This document shows positions 53,146 to 64,000 of a stretch of 64,000 bases of DNA, one piece after another (position 1 is the first letter of the stretch; the number at the start of each line of letters is the position of its first letter). The notes under the pieces were generated by a model. It was given only the letters and a program-made list of their open reading frames with translations. It was not told the origin of the DNA and ran no database searches. The stretch is from Epiperipatus broadwayi. Lineage: Eukaryota > Animalia > Onychophora. The stretch spans positions 6,572,001 through 6,636,000 of the forward strand of contig JAQFVV010000005.1 of NCBI GenBank assembly GCA_028023455.1, in the 5' to 3' direction. The position numbers and the translations under genes are program-made.

Positions 53146-54900
53146 CAGTGGTTTTCAAACAGCTCCCCTTTTTCTGTAACAAAGGTTGCACCCCCCTAAT
53201 CTTTAGAACTGTTGTATTTACAATTTCATTTCAATAGATTATAAAATAATACACCATACTTAGTATAGATATAGGTGTTATATAAAAAGTTTATTTTTAT
53301 TATGTAATAATTTTTAATAAAATCAAGTAAATTTTTATAAAAAAACAAAAAATCAAAATAAATACAAAAAAGCAAAAAACATTGAGTAAAATTATAATAA
53401 TATTGGTTGAATAAAATTATAATGATAGTTAGGGTGATAGATGAACCTGTTTATTAAAATGAAGTTTGTCAAACTTGGATATTATTGAAGATAGGGCTAC
53501 TCTCAATTCTTCTTCAATCACTAAACAAGATCAAAGTTTCGTTTTCAAATAGCAACAGCAGAAAAGCTAGTTCCACATAAGTAAGATTTTACAAATGGGA
53601 ATAAAATTTCTAAAACTTTATGTTTTTGTTAAAATAGAAATTTTTTTTTTTCACTTGTAGCCAGAAAATACCAATATTTCTTGTTCAAACTTCTGTTTTA
53701 ATGTGTTATCACAAGATAAGTCAATCAATATTTCTAGCTGTGATGTTAAAAGGCCAAATACATCATGTGTTTTATTTGCAAATGAGTTCCTTAGCCATTC
53801 ATATTTCAACATATCAAGATCTTTAAAATGAAAAAGAGAATTGTGTCTGTAGAAGGTCAAATGATTATTAATAAAAATTTTACTTTCTTCTATTTTATTT
53901 GCAGGACAAATGTTTTTGAAATTAGGAAATATATCCAAAGTATTATTTTTCAAATCAATTATTCACAATTCCAATTTTTTTCTTAAGTGCAATATGTTTA
54001 CCTTTCTGCATCAAAGAATGAGATTGAGGTCCTGTGCATTGATTTGATTAAAATACTAAGATTTTCAAAAATATCCACTAAATAAGCAGGTTTTACAAAG
54101 AATTTTGTGCCATAAACAATTTTGCCTCATATCTATTATTATCAATCAGAAATATGATGATTTCTTATTTTAGTTCAAACACTCTTTGAAATATATTGAA
54201 CCAAGAAAACCAACATGTTTCATAATATTATAAAAGTGTTCTGCACCCATATCATTGCGCAATTTTGTGATCAACCTTCCTTTTAATGGGATGTTTTTAA
54301 TAAAGTTTAACTTTTACAATAATTTCAAATACTATTACCAGCCTTCTACTTTTTGAAATGAGAGATTGTTTGGTACCATACAATGTGTTCAAATTGCATG
54401 AGAACTAGATCTTGTAAACCAGTGTTTCATCCCAAAAGAATGTCATTTTTATTTTAAAAAGTACCAATCACTTTGAAAATTTATCTTACTGTGGTATTGT
54501 TTTCAATAGATTTACAGAATAATAAATCTTCTTTAATGTTATTCTACAGCACATCTTACATATGAAATCGAATGAGGATCTTTAACTACATCTCTTACTT
54601 CATTCAATTGCAAAGTGTATTCTAATAATTTTAGTTTTTCTCTTATTTGATCATGAAGATCTTCAGATATATAAAAATTTCTTCTTCCTACCATATTATC
54701 TGCAAGTGGAATTTTTCAAAATTGGTTACCACATTATTCATTGAGCATTGTTTCTACCATGTTAATAGCTGTAGATAGTATCAAAGTTTTCCATATTGAT
54801 TGTTTTTTTTTTACTTTTAGCAGATGGTTTTAGAAAATGTATTTGGGTGTTTACTCAAAACATCCAATAATACTTTTTTAAACAATCATTCTAAACAAAT
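53146..54900 (-). mobile_element. Decayed hAT transposase, Buster/Charlie (ZBED5/ZBED8-like), with one terminal TIR
   Basis: PLADNMVGRR..EDLHDQIREKLK..LQLNE..DV; EWLRNSF..LIDLSCDNTLKQKF (ORF 53651-53953); LFPFVKSYLCGTSFSA. TIR-like CAGTGGTTTTCAAAC at 53146-53160. Confidence 0.85.
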
Positions 54901-57900
54901 ATTATTTTAATCTAATATCTTAGCAACAATGTTAATATATATATATATTTAGTACGTATATCTTTTCTGTGTAGATGATAGAAATAAAATTATTTACAAC
55001 AAACCTGTAAAACAAACATTTTTATTATATTTTAAACAATGAAAAATAACAAAAACTGAGTTTGAACTCTATATATAATACAAATTTTTAGTTTAAAATT
55101 TTTATTTAGTAAACGAAACCAATAAATGACACAATAGTATTCCAAGTTTAATATATGAAAATATCTACTATATTTGTTTTACCTTCCCTATATTCTTGAT
55201 TGAAAATGAGTTTCACTAAAAATTCTTAAGACTTTAAAATTATACAAAAACATTCTTTAAATCCTGATGAGCCAAAAGAAAGAATTTGTAGATACTCTTT
55301 CTTCCAGGGATATTTATTATAAATTGCTCCTTGAAAAATTATAATCGCATTGAATATTCTAATAATAAACAAATTGAAAACTAATACAGAATTCTTTTTC
55401 AATTTTTATTCACAAATTATATATATTCACTTATAGACTTTATTGTAAATATTTTTAAAAACATTTTTATTATTAATATAAAATGGTTATACTATAACTT
55501 ATATATGTAAGAAAAAACAGTGAAGTGCAGATGCTAAAAGATATGATCATATATCTATTTAGTAACAGTAGTCCAACTTACATCTTTTTATCCCAGTGCC
55601 AGCTATGCAAACATTAGAAATGGATATCAAATGACAGTACCAAAAAATATCAAGAATAAAAAAATTTGTTTTGCATATATTCAATTCTGTAATCAATTTT
55701 TATTTATATTATAATTTCAAGCTAAGATGTTGATATAATAAGTTTCATTAGATTATAATATAGTTTCAGGTTTGATAAAGTAGAATAAATTGTTAAAAGT
55801 CTGTCAGATAAGGCAGGATAGTGTATAAAATGATCAAATATTATTTCATGTGTTTGTTCTACCTTATTGTTTAATTTCACCAAACTATCATTAGACAGAA
55901 AATTTAATGCATAATTCAATTAGAAAAAACAATATTCCTGCTAATGTCAATAATCAAAAACTAGTTTTGGATCTTTTTGGTATTATGGCTCAGGAGAACA
56001 GCATTATGAATTGTACTGCTGATGCTAAATAAATGTTTAAACATATGTTGAGTCATATTATTAAAGATTTAATATGTATAATATTTAATGCTTTTATTGA
56101 TTTTGAAAAATCTGTTGACTTTTGATCTTTTTCAAGTTAGAATAAAATTTTAAAATTGAGGTTTAATATATTTAAATTTAATATTATTGCTTGAAAATTA
56201 ATATATAACTAAGTTATATAACAATAATCTATTTGAAACACTTATCTTATTAGTATATCAATTAGTATTTGATAGATATGGAAAAGAGTGTGAGAAAAAT
56301 ATTCAATAATTTTAGTTTTGCAGTTAACAATTATTCTTAGAATTTTTGTTTTAAATAATGGTTGTGAAAGGACAGTTGAAATTTGTTTTTCTTTCAGTTT
56401 AATAATATTTTTAAAACCATTTTAAACTCTTGATGTATATATCATATTTAGTATGTATACATAATTATATATGTAAAATAAATCAGTAACTAAGTTTTCT
56501 ATATAAAGTTTTTTTTATTTTAAAACAATTGTTTTTTTTTTAAAAAAAAAAACTAAAAAAAACAATTGTGAAAAAAAAGATAGCATTTTTTTTAAAAACA
56601 ACTTCAAAAAAAATCTATCAATATAAACAGAAAACTTTACATATATAATTTTATGTACACATACTAAATGCAATATATACATTAGGAATATAAAATAGAA
56701 ATTTATATAACATTAAGAATATGTAATTACTACAGAATTATCTAATGACTTACATATATTGTATGTGATATTGATTTAAAGTAAAATTATATGTATTAAA
56801 TGAAGCTTATTTACAATAAATACACTATATTAATATGTACATATACTAAATATGATATATATATATATATAAGGGGTATACATTTTAACTTATAGAAGAA
56901 ATATCTAGTGTTATATATTGTACTGGACACTCTACTTTTTATCACCAAGGGTGCCATTAGGCTACTGTCAACCTAAAAAAATTGATTTATGATGATCAAA
57001 AAGTTGATGATGAATATAAATGCTGCTAGTTAGACCCAGGAATATAAAGAGATCTTAAACATTGTTTAGATGATTGAGGGACAGGACACAGAAACAAATG
57101 TCAACCAAAAACAAATATAATTATTAATAATTTTAAAGTTTATTTTTAATTCAAAAAAATATTAGTCAAACAAAAATATAAAAGTTTACACTAAATTATA
57201 CCCCTTATTTGTCTGAGAGTGCATGAATATTGTGGTATCAAACATTTCTGCAGATAATTTTGCTTTCTCACCTAATTTATAGGGGATTATAATAATGTTT
57301 CTGCTAATGATCTATCTATTCAACTTCCATTTTCCTTAATTAGATATTTTAATAAAAACAAACTTGTACAGAAGTTAATGAACAGTGTGGAGCAATCTTT
57401 CTTTAACCTGAAAAAAACATCGGGATAAAACAAGAATGTCTTTTGCTCCTTAAACACACCTAAGGATGCATTTATTATGGCCCTCAAGGTTATCCTTTGC
57501 AAGAAAAAATAAAAGGTTATGATTTTATGTAATCTGAAATATAAGAAAATAAATCTCATTCATTACCTGCATGTAAGAACAACAGAACTACTTGATAAAC
57601 CATTAGCCAAAAGATCTAGTCTGCAGGAAATGCAACACCCATTGAACTAAATTAATTTCAACTAAAATAGTGAACAGGTGAGATATAAAAAACTATTATT
57701 ATCTCTCAAAGCATTTAATAACAATAATAATAATAAAAATTGAGTGTAAAATATTAACTCACAATACACTCTCCAACAAGGTGACAAATAAAATCTTAAA
57801 ATAATTTGTTATAGTTTATAAATTCCATAAAAAAAAATAGATATAACAAAATAAATGATATATTTATAACTTGATTAATAATACTGAAACTATTAAAAAC

Positions 57901-58433
57901 AAGCTTATCATAGATTCTTTTTTTTTATCAAGCTGAGACTTAAGCCCTGGTTAAATATAAAAATGTTCAGTTACCTTTGGGGCTTCAATTTTTCTGTCTG
58001 ATTGATGTCAGCAGTGTTGGCAAGATTTAGTTCTATTAGGAGTACATTACTGTGATTTTTTATCTCTATTAATCTGGTCAGGAAGCATGAAAGCAATTTT
58101 CAGGATCAGTTTCGAACTAGGCATTTATGACATGATCATGATTACTCAATTTTGAGTTCTGGAGTTCATCTTAGATGGCTTAGCCCTGCATAGTTTTAAT
58201 ATGGTCTTTTAAGGTAGGTAGATTCTACATTTTGAAAGAAAGGTCACTATTTTCTGTATTAAGCGTATTCTCTTTTCTTCTCTTTGAATGGTTTCTTTAG
58301 CTGTTAACACTCAGCAATAGAATTCTGCAATTTATCCAGTCACAATTTTCTAATACGCAAATCTAAATTCACAATCTGTAATTAGCACACAACAAATATA
58401 GGACATTAGCAGTCTGCAATTAGTAAATATAAA

Positions 58434-59742
58434 GGTTGTTTTATAATAGCATGTTGAAACTGCCGGAGGGCATGGTTTGTTTGTAAACAAAGATAAATAT
58501 ATGTTTCCAGGGCCGGGTTTCTTTTTTTTTTTTTGGCTTTGGTTTTTTGTTTATCACATTTATAAAAGTAATATCAAATCAATTTTTTAAACACAACCAA
58601 AAAAAAATGCCTAAAAAAATTTAAAAAAATGAATTTACATGTAAAAGTACTTAATTTTTTTTTTATTCTTTTCATTATTTATATTTTCTAAAGGGGGCCA
58701 GGGGTTTTTTTTTTGGTCTATGTATTTTTTTTTTGTTATCACATTTAAAAAGTACGGCGGCTATCAAATCAATTTTGGCAACCCCAAAAAAAAATACATC
58801 AATTAAAAATGAATTTTAAAAAGTAGTTACCACTTTTTTTTTTTTAATTCTTCTCATTAAACCCTTATATTTTCGGTTCGGTATTCTACGACAAAAAAAT
58901 CAGCCGATTCTTCTTTTTTTTGTTTGTTTGTTTTATTTTTATAAATTATAAATAAATCTATTTCCATTTAACGGTAACATTTACAAGCCAAAGTCAAACT
59001 TTGGGAGAGGGGGAAAAGGGGGGAGGGTGTTTCCAATTGCTAACAGAACCGAATGCAAAAAACTCGAAGGTTGACAAAGTTTTGCCGGTAATTACCAAAA
59101 ACATAAATATATACGGCAATTAAAACCAACTTTTTGGGCTCTTCAGGAAAAAAACAGCAGGCATGCAGCTTCAAGCTGTTTTGTTTGATAACCCAGTTCC
59201 AGCAGTCAGAGAAGAATTCTTTCTTTGACATTCGCAAAGTTTCCTAATTCAGCCATTTGATTCAGCTCGTAGTTGTTCTCGCACAAAACGTGACTTAGAG
59301 CGTGATTTGATAGGAATCGCTCTTGCACCTACACTTGCCCAATTTTTTCAGCAGGAAATGGGAGCTAGGGAAGCATGAGACTCTGCTCATAATTGTTAGT
59401 AGACCTTCCTAAAACATGGGAGATAGAGGGGGAGGTGGTCTTAATGAATATTAAAATAGTTTTGACAATCGGAATTCCAGCCACCCTCAGACAATACTGT
59501 AGCCAAAAGTGAAATGTGATCACACATCCAAAATGCTTAGCCCAAATCTGAGCTGTAAGCTGGCATGATAGTTTCTGTGGCAGATTAAATGCCCCCCCCC
59601 CATATCAATGGACTATTTCTAGGCTTACGCATTAGAAATAGAATGTTCGATAGTGGCGGAGGCTGCCTAAATGGCATATTTCTGTGTGCTATCATAGAAA
59701 TAATGCCCTCAGGCGGTTTCAACATGCTATTGTAAAACAACC
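58434..59742. mobile_element. Complete non-autonomous TIR element (1309 bp): 40-bp TIRs starting GG and a perfect 8-bp TSD (Merlin- or MULE-like)
   Basis: TIRs 58434-58473 and 59703-59742 match at 37/40. TSD aatataaa lies at 58426-58433 and 59743-59750. An internal ~185-bp diverged tandem spans ~58508-58870. CpG is retained. No transposase was recognised. Confidence 0.85.
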
Positions 59743-60462
59743 AATATAAAAATAGATTTATATATCTGCAGTTAAAGATTAGCGAATATGAGATATAAAA
59801 TATATGCAATTTGCAATTAGCAATCCTTAGTATGCAATTTTCTAATACACCAAAATTCTCTACAATCTGTAATTAGAAAATATATATTGCAATCAAAAAC
59901 AGAGCTTTTATATACTAGTGTTATCTCCCACCAGATCTTAAAATCTAACCAGGGCTAGTCTTTATGTCCTGCCAGATCTTAATTAAAAGTTTTAATGAGG
60001 ACTACTCTTTACCTCTCATTAGATCTTTAAATTTTAAGCAGGGCTATTTTTTATTTTTTTTTAATATCACTTTTAATAAATTAGAAAATAAATCTCTGCT
60101 TTTAAAATAGATTTAAAACAAAAAGAATTATCTCAAGCAAAACTTTTAAGTCAAAATATTTTTATGATTTTCATGTATAATAGAGTCTGTATGTTATGGC
60201 AACATACACTTACAAACAAAAATTAAAAAAAATACAAAATTTAAATAAAATGTTCTCTTCCCTTCTAAAATCTTTATTGATATACATTTTAGTTTTGATT
60301 CTAGAAGGGATGATTTTTGAAGTGGAGGAAGTATCCCGTTCAATATATTAACTATAAGTCTCCAGTTAATTTAAAGTGCAATATAGTTTTACATTTTCAT
60401 TTACTGCATCAATAGTAAAAACTTAAAAATGATAGAGCGATTTTTTTATATTAATGCTTTTA

Positions 60463-60685
60463 TTGACTGCACCAAAAAGAAGTAAAATAATTGTTTTTTT
60501 AACCACAATCAAAGTTTTTAGATTTAACTTGAAATAAAAGCATGGGGGGGGGGGCAGAAATTAAGTCAATTCCTGTTTTTTTTATAATAAGGGATTGACT
60601 TCTGTATCCCCCATGCTTTTATTTCAAGTTAAATCTAATTGTAGTTGAAGAACGATTATTTTATTTCTTTTTAGTGTGCAGTCAA
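60463..60685. repeat. Fold-back hairpin, ~100-bp arms with a 30-bp perfect core
   Basis: tagatttaacttgaaataaaagcatggggg (60519-60548) / cccccatgcttttatttcaagttaaatcta (60608-60637). Outer arms ttgactgcac..aaaataattg / ..attattttatttc..gtgcagtcaa and inner arms aagtcaattcct / agggattgactt. Confidence 0.85.
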
Positions 60686-61408
60686 ACATTTTGATATCAA
60701 ATATATTAAAAAATTATGATGTTATAAACAATATGTATACAAGCAGTAAATATATTTCAATTTAATGATTTGATTAAAATTAGAATTAAAATTTTAAAAC
60801 AATCCTTTATTATATTAAATAAAAACATATTTTACAAGTGCAGTTTTGTTAGTAAACAAAATAATTACTTTCAGAAATAAAGAGCAATAAATAAATAAAA
60901 TATCAAACATTTTGATGTTAAATTTTTTGAGCTTGGAAGTAAAAATAAAAAAAAAATTTCACTTTACAAAGGCAAAAAGGCAGTTGCAACGGTCAATAAG
61001 TAAATAAACATGTCATTTAAATAGGTTTTTGGAAATCTTGTGTAAGAAAAATTTCTAAAATATTGCTTTCTTAAACACAAAATCTTAAAAACAATTTGGA
61101 ATGCACGTGATTTCTTCTCTATTCTGTAACATTATCAGATAATTTTTTGGAACTTTTGAATAAAAACTTTTACTTTACAGAGAGAAAAAGACAGTTGGAA
61201 TATTCAGTAAATAATAAAGATCACATTTAAAGTGGTAAAATTTATTCAATTATAAATAATATATACTATAAATAATGCATTTGTATAAATAGTTACTTAG
61301 TATCAAAAACAGGTTTATTCAACTATGTTTACAATAAACAAAAAATTATAAAATAACATTAAATTTGGCAATATATTTATAAACCATTAAATTACTTAAT
61401 GTCCAATA

Positions 61409-64000
61409 TTAATAATATTCCATGTGGAATTTGCTATTAGGTGAGGAACTAACTTCAAATCTCTTTCTTTGATATCTTAATTTTTGTAAAAAAATTAATG
61501 TTGGATCAGGTATAACAGACTTGAAGATTAGGAAGCATCTGACAAACCATAGACAGAAAGTGATGAAAGTTGCACTTCTTATAATTGCAAAATCCCCTTA
61601 AGCAAAACCTTTTATGAGTGTGTTGATAATTGGATGTTTTGGTGTATAAATTTTAGTAATCAATATTCTACAGCCCTAAAGAGAGGAACAATTGTTGAAA
61701 ATGTGAAATATGGTATCATCCTCCCTATGGCAGAGTGAGCAAACAGGGTCCAAAGATGAAAAACCTCTATACATCACAAGAAAGTGGCTTGTTGGAAGGG
61801 CATTGAGATTTAGCTTTAGAAGAAAGTCCATATATTTTGGCTCTAGATTACATCTTTTATATTTCTTTATAATGGCAAAGTTTGTACAGGTGAGAATGCT
61901 ATGATCTGGGATAATTGTTGAAAAAAAAAGAAGATAGGCATCCCAATAACGAAGTTTCGTTGGTTTTCTTTGAGTTAAAGGTGTGAGAATTTTTGCAATG
62001 TCAATTAAGACTTGTGTCAGCCAACCATCATTAATTGGAGGTGGAGTATCTGTAGGATGAATAGATAGAAAAGGTGAGTCATCAGGAAAAATCCCATTAA
62101 GTCTTGTAATGAGGTTATTTGATTTCTGTAGACAAAGAACATGAAGTGAATGCAGTGACAAGCCATTAAGTCTTGTTGGTCTCTGCACTCTTCTTAAGCT
62201 AATAGCAACAGTTTTACCCTTCTACATTAATCTAGAGCAAAGAGAGTTTATATTCTGGATAAATTTTGATGAGAATTTAATGAACGGCATGTAGTAAGCA
62301 ATTCTGGGGAACAGTAACATGTTGAGTAGGGCTGCTTTTGCAAATAATGATGTATAAACTTTTGAAAGTGAATCAATTATTTTTCTTGCAGAATTCATGA
62401 TAGTGTCTTGTATTAATTTCCTCATTGCTGCATGAGAGAGACTCATTGGTAAGCCCAAAAATTTTTGTGGCATAGCTGTGAAAAGGGATGGAATGGATTT
62501 TCCAGATGAAAGTCTCCATACAGCAGATTTTCTAAGGTTAAACACAAGACCTGACTCTATGGTGAAATTGTCCATAATTTGAATTAGTTTCGGTATGAAT
62601 TTTCTAGATGGTAAGAACACTGCCACATCATCCATGTAGGATATGTGCTGAATGGATTTATTGATACCAGGAATGTACAATCCAGGAAGATTCATCTCTA
62701 AAGATTTAAGGAATGGATTTATATATAGAATGAAGAGTAAGGGACTAAGAGGAGAACCCTGTGGAATCGCCTTGGTAGGTGTGAATGAGTTTGAAATTTT
62801 TCCATTTAATGAAATTGCAATATGTCTGTTTAATAGAAGGTTAGTAATGATGTTCATTATACCTGTGGGAATGTTCAGACCACTTAAAAGATGTATTAGT
62901 TGAGGAATTCTGACTGAGTCAAAAGCATCTGAAATATCAAGTTGGACAACTATTGGCTTTGACTTTTTATTTTTTCTTGTATAATCCGTAATTAACCTAA
63001 ATAGGCAGAGTGCCTCAGCTGTGGAACTACCTTTCTTTGCAAATTGAAAACTAGAGATAAAAGGAAGAATGAGATTTTGAATTTTATCTTTGATAATTGC
63101 TTCAATCAGTTTAATAATCAATGGAGTCATCGAGATTGGTCTAAGGTTCTCCAGAGGCGATGGGATAATAGCACTCTTAAGAAATGGGACCATTGCAATG
63201 GGATAGAGTTGATCAATTGTAAGGGGACCTGAGGCAAGTAGATCAATCATTCTACTCACTATTGGTACTGTGAAGGCTTCAAGATGTTTGAACATGAATT
63301 TTGGTATTCCATGGACTCCAGGGTGTATTCTATCGGGCATGGATGAGAGTTTAGCTCTATTATCATCATTACTTATACCATGAATTGTCTCACAAGAATA
63401 TATAGATGTATCAAGCACCAAATTCTGTGAAACATCTACTAGCTTGCATTTATAATGATTTAAACTTTGTAAAATCATGCTATTACCCGAGAAAATTATA
63501 TTATTCACTGTGATTGCTGATGTAATTTTAGACTTACTTTGAAAACCCATAGCCCACCTTATATATCCCCTTGAGAAGTTATGAGGTTTAGAGAGGTAAA
63601 GCCTTGCCTTTTTAGTAGCCAGTCTATTAGGATTTGGTGTGTCTCTACATATTGTTGCTTCAGGTCAATAATAACCTGTACAGATGCTGGTGTTGGAGGT
63701 ATATCTTTCAATGTTGTAATTAAGCTATCTGCTTTCTTAAGTAACCCAATCGGCCCTTTATTCTTTCTGGTGTAATGAGAAATCAAAGAACTAAGAATAT
63801 TTATAAAAGCAAACCAAGATTCAGCTGGTGGAAGAGCTAGGATGTCTATTTTCTTGAAGAAATATAAGCTTCAGAGATAATCACCTCTGGTGTAGCAGAT
63901 TTTAGCAAAATTCTTATTGTAGATTTAAGATGTACATAGGTTTGATTGGGTAAGTCTAATGTCAGATCAAGCATAATAGCATGATGATCAGAGAAAGGTA
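61409..64000 (-). mobile_element. L1/Tx1-like non-LTR retrotransposon ORF2 (APE end, RT, CCHC zf-RVT, WxxR..IF tail); inactivated and running off the window edge
   Basis: APE SDH at 63992-63984. RT motifs PGVHGIP, LRPISM, LDISDAFDSV, QGSPLSPLLF, YMDD. Zinc motif CSLC..HIFNNC and terminal LWFVRCFLIF. Two frameshifts (~63870, ~63560), in-frame TAG at 62222 and 61676, TAA at 61598, terminal TAA at 61409. Confidence 0.92.

Noticed and set aside
57320-57620. Short-intron minus-strand gene model
   Set aside because: Splice-like sites exist, but one join gives an immediate stop and the alternative peptide resembles nothing I recognise.
3708-60000. Most remaining 60-100 aa ORFs in the track
   Set aside because: They have low-complexity F/L/I/K/N composition expected by chance in ~75% AT DNA, with no domain motifs.
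61409-62224. Stop-codon readthrough or an alternative genetic code (TAG at Trp-like positions in the L1 ORF2 and in the PHD at ~43200)
   Set aside because: The same elements also have frameshifts and TAA stops, and the 485-aa ZnF ORF has no in-frame TAR. TGG to TAG is an ordinary decay route, and three cases cannot establish an APOBEC- or RIP-like bias.

Overview
Very AT-rich, CpG-depleted eukaryotic DNA. It is most likely from a bilaterian invertebrate; this is inferred from spliceosomal donors, CDYKT-type C2H2 arrays, CTCF-consensus motifs and a tRNA-Gly(TCC)-derived SINE. The only confident intact host CDS is a 15-finger C2H2 zinc-finger gene (38142-39599, minus strand). A frameshifted paralogue lies at the left edge. 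Each ZnF exon has a homologous promoter/first-exon block upstream (about 14.3 kb and 47.3 kb), suggesting a tandem ZnF cluster. The rest is mostly decayed transposons: an L1/Tx1-like APE-RT element, RTE fragments, a PHD-type LINE ORF1, gypsy gag and integrase, two hAT transposases, an hAT MITE and a GG-TIR/8-bp-TSD element. The most striking pattern is a set of fold-back insertions. These include a 2.4-kb head-to-head palindrome of two Penelope-like RT/GIY-YIG copies with a 9-nt spacer, and several short non-autonomous repeats carrying minimal hammerhead-ribozyme motifs. Wherever orientation can be read, the 3' ends point outward. All alignments, translations and folds were done by eye. Identities are approximate, and TE remnant boundaries are approximate unless a TIR or TSD is given.
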